DNA of 64,000 nucleotides from assembly GCA_030428885.1 (NCBI GenBank), contig JAUIEJ010000011.1, positions 121,279 through 185,278 of the forward strand, in the 5' to 3' direction. Shown here piece by piece: positions 59,880-64,000 of the stretch. The stretch is from Gemmatimonadota bacterium (GTDB taxonomy: Bacteria > Gemmatimonadota > Gemmatimonadetes > Longimicrobiales > Gaopeijiaceae). A model generated the notes under the pieces. The model made no database searches. It was not told the DNA's origin and worked only from the letters and a program-made list of their open reading frames with translations. Position 1 is the stretch's first letter. Every line of letters begins with the position of its first letter. A program made the translations under genes and the position numbers.

Positions 59880-60575
59880 ATGGATCGGCTAAGACGGTTC
59901 CGAAATTCATTGCGCCTCTTTCTCGCGTCCGTCTCGTCTGGCGTGACTGTAGTCGCTCTAGGCTTCGTGTCGCAACGGCTCGAGAACTCAGCTGCTGCTG
60001 CGATGGTCACGATCTCGTTGGTAAGCGTCGTGGCATTCTTTCTCGGAAAGCTGGTTGACTGGCTGGTCAACTCGTCCCCTCGCGTCCGACGCTATCTGCT
60101 CGGTGAGGACTTCATCGAAGGGTGGTGGTGGGACCTTGCGCGTCCGTCATCCGATTCCGTGCCAACTCACGGGGTTCTTCAACGGATCTGGTTCGACGGG
60201 GACGCATTCCACGTCGATGGATCCAGCTTTCGACCGGATGGCACAAAACTGGCCGCGTGGAGCTCGACGGCGTGTACCTACAGCAGAAGGACCCTCTACG
60301 TCGTTTACGAAGCCCAGACCGAACTACTCCTTGGCGGCTACGAGCGCGGGGTGGTTCAGTTGCTGTTTGATCGGCCCGCGAACTCCTACTCTGGATTCCT
60401 TGTGGATTTTTCGGGTGCCGTCGTGCGACGGCTCCGAGGGCAACGCGTCCCAGCTGCGGCGATCCGCAAGCACAAGCAGTTCTCCGCCTTGGATGAGAAG
60501 AGTTCCTTCATCCGGGAGAAGCTGGTAGCCGGGGGGGCAACTGCACTAAGAGCCGGATCCAATGATGGCAACTGA
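59880..60575 (+). CDS. 2TM plus beta-barrel protein, Cap15/S-2TM-beta-like (putative effector)
   Basis: Two N-terminal hydrophobic helices, then FIEGWW and about eight predicted beta strands (..LYVVYE..ERGVVQLLF..YSGFLVD..RLRGQRV). Purine-rich RBS, non-host codon usage. Confidence 0.6.
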   Translation: MDRLRRFRNSLRLFLASVSSGVTVVALGFVSQRLENSAAAAMVTISLVSVVAFFLGKLVDWLVNSSPRVRRYLLGEDFIEGWWWDLARPSSDSVPTHGVLQRIWFDGDAFHVDGSSFRPDGTKLAAWSSTACTYSRRTLYVVYEAQTELLLGGYERGVVQLLFDRPANSYSGFLVDFSGAVVRRLRGQRVPAAAIRKHKQFSALDEKSSFIREKLVAGGATALRAGSNDGN

Positions 60576-61047
60576 CCGAGACCACCTAGCGCGCGCAGTT
60601 GAGCTGGCCCAAGACGCCGTGGAACGAGGTGACGGCCCGTTCGGTGCGGTGGTTGTGATCGATGGGCATGTGGTCGCGGAGGGCCAGAACAGCTGCGAAT
60701 CCACCCAAGACCCGCTCGCGCACGCGGAGACGGAAGCGATTCGGAGAGCTGCAGCCGCCATCGGGTCTCGATGGCTCTCCGGGTCGACTCTCTACTCCAG
60801 TGCCGAGCCATGCCCGATGTGCCTGGCCGCATGCTACTGGGCCAACGTGGAACGGATCGTGTTTGCCCTCAGCAGTGAGCGCGCATCGGAACTAGGACTT
60901 GGTGACCGCTATGTCTACGAACAGATCTCGCTGCCTGCGGCCGGCCGCGACATCATTATGGTCGAGATGCCGCTACCTGGGGACGCGGCCCCTTTCGCTG
61001 TGAGGCACCGTAGTCGCTCCGGACTGGAGCCCGACGAGACTGACTGA
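60562..61047 (+). CDS. zinc-dependent nucleoside/nucleobase deaminase (GuaD/CDA fold)
   Basis: GPFGAVVV, DPLAHAE, SSAEPCPMCLAACYWA. The start overlaps the upstream gene's 3' end by 14 bp. Confidence 0.9.
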   Translation: MMATDRDHLARAVELAQDAVERGDGPFGAVVVIDGHVVAEGQNSCESTQDPLAHAETEAIRRAAAAIGSRWLSGSTLYSSAEPCPMCLAACYWANVERIVFALSSERASELGLGDRYVYEQISLPAAGRDIIMVEMPLPGDAAPFAVRHRSRSGLEPDETD

Positions 61048-61276
61048 GTGGCGCACCAGCGGATGGATCCACCACCTGGCAAATCTGCGCGGGTGTCGCG
61101 CTGAATGTGTAGGCAATTGCTGTGCGCTTGCTTCACGGGCCAGCCGGCCTTGAGCGGGCGGATGAAGCTGGCGGTGAGGCTGCGGTTGGCCGAAGTCTGA
61201 TCCAGGACCGTTGCAGGCGGTGCCGGTTCGGAAGTCCTTGAACGTCAAGCGCCAAGATCAAGCGGGGTGAGCAGTA

Positions 61277-62821
61277 ATGAATGAGGTACCACCGGAAGAC
61301 GAATCACAAGGAGATCATCCCATCCGAGCCGGCGAGCCCCCTACCACTTCGGCTGACGCAGAGGAAAATGGCGAAGTCCCGCACCTGGAGGGTGAGGGCT
61401 CGCAGGGGCCCCCACCCGAGCCTCTTGAGGGCGACGCTCACCCGGTAGAGGATGCCATCCGCCGATTCGTCACCGACGTGAGAGATCTGCACCTATGCGT
61501 CACGACACTAGTTCCTGCGGCCGCCAAACTGCATATGCGGCGCCTGAGGCGCATCCCCTCTCGCCTGGAGAGCCTAGACCCCTTGCTGGGAAGCGAGGAT
61601 CGAGAGACTCGTATTCAAGGGCAGACCGAGATACAACGGATCGCCCATGAGGTCGATCGCCTCAGAAACTCGGACCTGCTTGGCATCTTGGTACGAAGCT
61701 TCTTTGTGCAGCTCTTCAGCGCGTTCGATGTCCTGACCGGTGATTTGTTGCGGGGGCTCTACAAGGAGCGCCCTGCACTGTTCGAGGATCTGGATAAAGA
61801 GATGTCTCTCTCCGAGATCGTTGCCCTTGGCTCGATAGATGCGGTAAAGGAGAAGGTACTTGAAGACGAGATAGATGGCTTTCGGCGCGCCTCCTACATA
61901 GACCAGTTCAAGAGACTTGAGAACCGATTCGGCCTCAAGCTCAGGGCCTTCGACCGTTGGCCCGCCTTCGTGGAAGCGGGACAAAGACGGAATATCGTCA
62001 CGCATTGCGATGGTATGGTGACCGCCCAGTACCTCCAGGTCTGTCGAAAGGAGGGAGTCAGGATCCCGACCGATACAACCGTCGGCACAAAGCTGCCGCT
62101 CACTCCAAGGTATTTTGTTCGCACTCTGTTCCTGATGCTCGAGGTCGGCGTCAAACTCGCCCAGACCCTCTGGCGCAAGACACTGCCTGAGCAAATACCC
62201 CGTGCGGACCGGCACCTAAACAACGTCACGTTCGACCTCCTCTGGGATGGTGATTGGGTTGCGGCGGAGCGACTAGGCGACTTCGCCCGCTCGCTCCCAG
62301 GAGAGCGAACAGAGCCGGACAGACGCATCGCCTTGGTCAACCATGCGATCGCGCTTCAAGAACTCGATCGACCCGACGCCGTGCTTGAAGCCCTTGACTC
62401 AATGGACTGGAGCGATGCTGTCTCCATGGAGTTCCGACTCGCCAATGTCGTGCTGAGACGCGACTATGCGACAGCGGCAGCCCTTATGCGCCGGATAGGA
62501 ACGGAGGGCGAGTACTTCCATGAGAGTTCCTATCATAACTGGCCGTTGTTCCGCCGCTTTCGCCAGTCCGACGATTTTCTAGATGCCTATCGCGACGTCT
62601 TTGGGTACGGTTTCCGAGAGAAGTTGCAGGAGGAAGCTGAGCAGAAGGGGGTCGCGATCCAAGGGAAGCCGGAGGAAGGTGGGGCCGGCGCAGTTGGATG
62701 GCAGGAGGAGTTCAACTCCGAGGCTCTGCTGGACCTTGTGGACGGTCCGGATCCGGACGTGGAGGAGGACATCGACACTGTTCGTGTTGGCGAGACGGAA
62801 GCGGACGAACCCGACGACTGA
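61277..62821 (+). CDS. large helical protein with HEPN-like RxxxxH motif
   Basis: FFVQLFSAFDVLTGDLLR helix, RRNIVTHCDG.VT..YL (61988-62005), helical C-terminal region, acidic termini, non-host codon usage. Confidence 0.65.
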   Translation: MNEVPPEDESQGDHPIRAGEPPTTSADAEENGEVPHLEGEGSQGPPPEPLEGDAHPVEDAIRRFVTDVRDLHLCVTTLVPAAAKLHMRRLRRIPSRLESLDPLLGSEDRETRIQGQTEIQRIAHEVDRLRNSDLLGILVRSFFVQLFSAFDVLTGDLLRGLYKERPALFEDLDKEMSLSEIVALGSIDAVKEKVLEDEIDGFRRASYIDQFKRLENRFGLKLRAFDRWPAFVEAGQRRNIVTHCDGMVTAQYLQVCRKEGVRIPTDTTVGTKLPLTPRYFVRTLFLMLEVGVKLAQTLWRKTLPEQIPRADRHLNNVTFDLLWDGDWVAAERLGDFARSLPGERTEPDRRIALVNHAIALQELDRPDAVLEALDSMDWSDAVSMEFRLANVVLRRDYATAAALMRRIGTEGEYFHESSYHNWPLFRRFRQSDDFLDAYRDVFGYGFREKLQEEAEQKGVAIQGKPEEGGAGAVGWQEEFNSEALLDLVDGPDPDVEEDIDTVRVGETEADEPDD

Positions 62822-63355
62822 ATGGGCAGCTGATGGTTTACAGAGCGTGCACGGTTGAGGGTTTACAGATCAGCGTCGTCTGCGAGCACGGTCTTTGACA
62901 TCCATGATGCGGTAGTCGGCCTCGTCGAGCCAGCCGAGGCGGATGGGTCCGAAGTAGACGGCCCAGACTCCGTCGCCGATCTGTTCGAGCCCACGCTGCG
63001 GTGCTTGAGAAGGCTGCTGACGAAGACCTTTCTGCTCTTCCAGCGGAGCGTGGAGTCGCCGGAGACGATCCGGGTCTCGAAGTAGTCCGGGTAGGCGGGT
63101 TAGGCGGGGCGCTCAACGAAGGGCCGAGGCGAGGGCTCGTACACGGAAGCGGGCGTCTCCATGTCGAGGGCTTCGTGCGGGCGCTCGCTGTTATAGACGC
63201 CTCTGAACTCGTTGAACCGTCGTTGCTGAGCTCGAATATTGGCGCGGGGCGGGGAAGCTGCCCGCTTCTTCAGGGTGCGATGCATGCGCTCGTGGCGGCC
63301 GTTCCGCTGGGGCTTCCCGGGCTCGATGTACTCGGGCAGAATGCCGAGGGAGACC
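62819..63355 (-). mobile_element. IS481-family remnant (3' part of transposase plus right end)
   Basis: SLGILPEYIEPGKPQRNGRHERMHRTLK, YNSERPHEAL, GVWAVYFGPIRLG. In-frame TAA at 63100-63102 and a frameshift near 62990. Subterminal TGTAAACC repeats at 62835-62842 and 62860-62867. Confidence 0.85.
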
Positions 63356-63435
63356 GCAGGCCCGTGGCGGCACCCGGCGTGTTTCTACGCTCTCAGAGTC
63401 GGAAGGCCCGGACACTCCCTCGCACCCGCCCACCC

Positions 63436-64000
63436 ATGCGCTTCCGCACCCTGCTGGTTTCCGTCGCCCTCGTGGCCCTGGTCGTGAGCGCCCTTCCTGC
63501 CCGGGCCGCCACGGCCGCGGTCCAGTCCCCCGCCGTGGACTCCGTCGTGGTGAGCGTGCCCTCCACCACCCTCGTGATGCCCGACATTCCCCAGGCCGGG
63601 GCGGTGGTGTGGCCCGCGACGGAGTCCCAGAGCGTCACCTGGGAGTCGAGCGATCTGAACGTCGCCGTGGTCAACCCCGAGGGGTTCATCCAGCCGCTGC
63701 GACAGGGGTCGGTCAGGATCACCGCCACCAGCACAGCCGACCCCACGAAGTCGGGTGCCGTGACCCTCACGGTGGTCTGCCCAGCGCCCATCACCGTGTC
63801 GCGCAACGTCGACGGCGACACCACGTGGGACAACTGGGTGCCCGACATCGACTGCTACGACTACGTGGTGACCACGGTGGTGTCCATGAACGACGAGACC
63901 CTCACCATCGAGCCGGGCACGCGGGTGGGGTTCGGTGACGAGGAGTGGCTCCGGGTGCTGGGCGACGAGGCGGCGCTCGTGGCCGTGGGTACCGCAGACG
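63436..64000 (+). CDS. secreted Ig-like (Big_2) domain protein, 3' truncated by the window
   Basis: Manual translation from ATG at 63436: signal peptide MRFRTLLVSVALVALVVSALPARA, SVTWESSDLNVAVVNPEG..GSVRITATS..KSGAVTLTV. Confidence 0.75.
   Translation, partial: MRFRTLLVSVALVALVVSALPARAATAAVQSPAVDSVVVSVPSTTLVMPDIPQAGAVVWPATESQSVTWESSDLNVAVVNPEGFIQPLRQGSVRITATSTADPTKSGAVTLTVVCPAPITVSRNVDGDTTWDNWVPDIDCYDYVVTTVVSMNDETLTIEPGTRVGFGDEEWLRVLGDEAALVAVGTAD

Noticed and set aside
354-59910. Many long overlapping ORFs in the track (e.g. 5533..8643 N-part, 11848..13851, 14218..16290, 33955..37302, 48260..53086 N-part, 57817..59853)
   Set aside because: They are Pro/Arg/Gly-rich shadow or antisense frames of real genes, expected at this GC content, and have no recognisable motifs.
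59368-59910. N-terminal 180-aa extension of ORF 56203..59910
   Set aside because: It runs across the compositional boundary and overlaps the divergent gene. The signal peptide begins at MSWSPGRR (59367).
61050-61270. Possible gene or IS fragment between the deaminase and the HEPN-like gene
   Set aside because: Translations in all frames gave no motif I can assign.
59880-62821. Calling the island CBASS, Pycsar or Kongming
   Set aside because: No nucleotidyltransferase or cyclase, HAM1-like or SIR2 gene is visible in the window, so only an analogy is justified.

Overview
Very GC-rich bacterial chromosomal segment. The gene content (PadR/orphan-permease pairs, VPS10/BNR-repeat proteins, TonB receptor, many lipoproteins) resembles Gemmatimonadota, but that is inference. 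From left to right: a minus-strand carotenoid operon led by a CarH/LitR-type B12 photoreceptor; the divergent four-gene exonuclease-ligase-Lhr-PdeM cluster, whose exonuclease has a 1-nt frameshift; a 275-bp MITE-like element; trmH; a topoisomerase IA with an unusual repeat tail; an ArsR-CadA metal module; tRNA-Leu(TAA) with a 2.9-kb decayed islet bounded by a 22-bp att repeat (broken integrase, excisionase-like HTH, one intact Zn-ribbon/HEPN-like cargo gene); an ECF sigma/anti-sigma pair; a MoxR-DUF58 operon; a TonB-Ig-PepX cluster; arcA-arcC without arcB; a palindromic repeat array; and a stand-alone TipAS gene behind a tipA-like promoter. A second lower-GC accessory block (about 59.5-63.4 kb) holds the best candidate for an undescribed system: a 2TM/beta-barrel (Cap15-like) protein translationally coupled to a guanine-deaminase-like enzyme, followed by a large RxxxxH (HEPN-like) protein and an IS481 remnant. 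No CRISPR array, rRNA or cyclic-nucleotide synthase was seen. All family assignments come from motif reading, not database searches.
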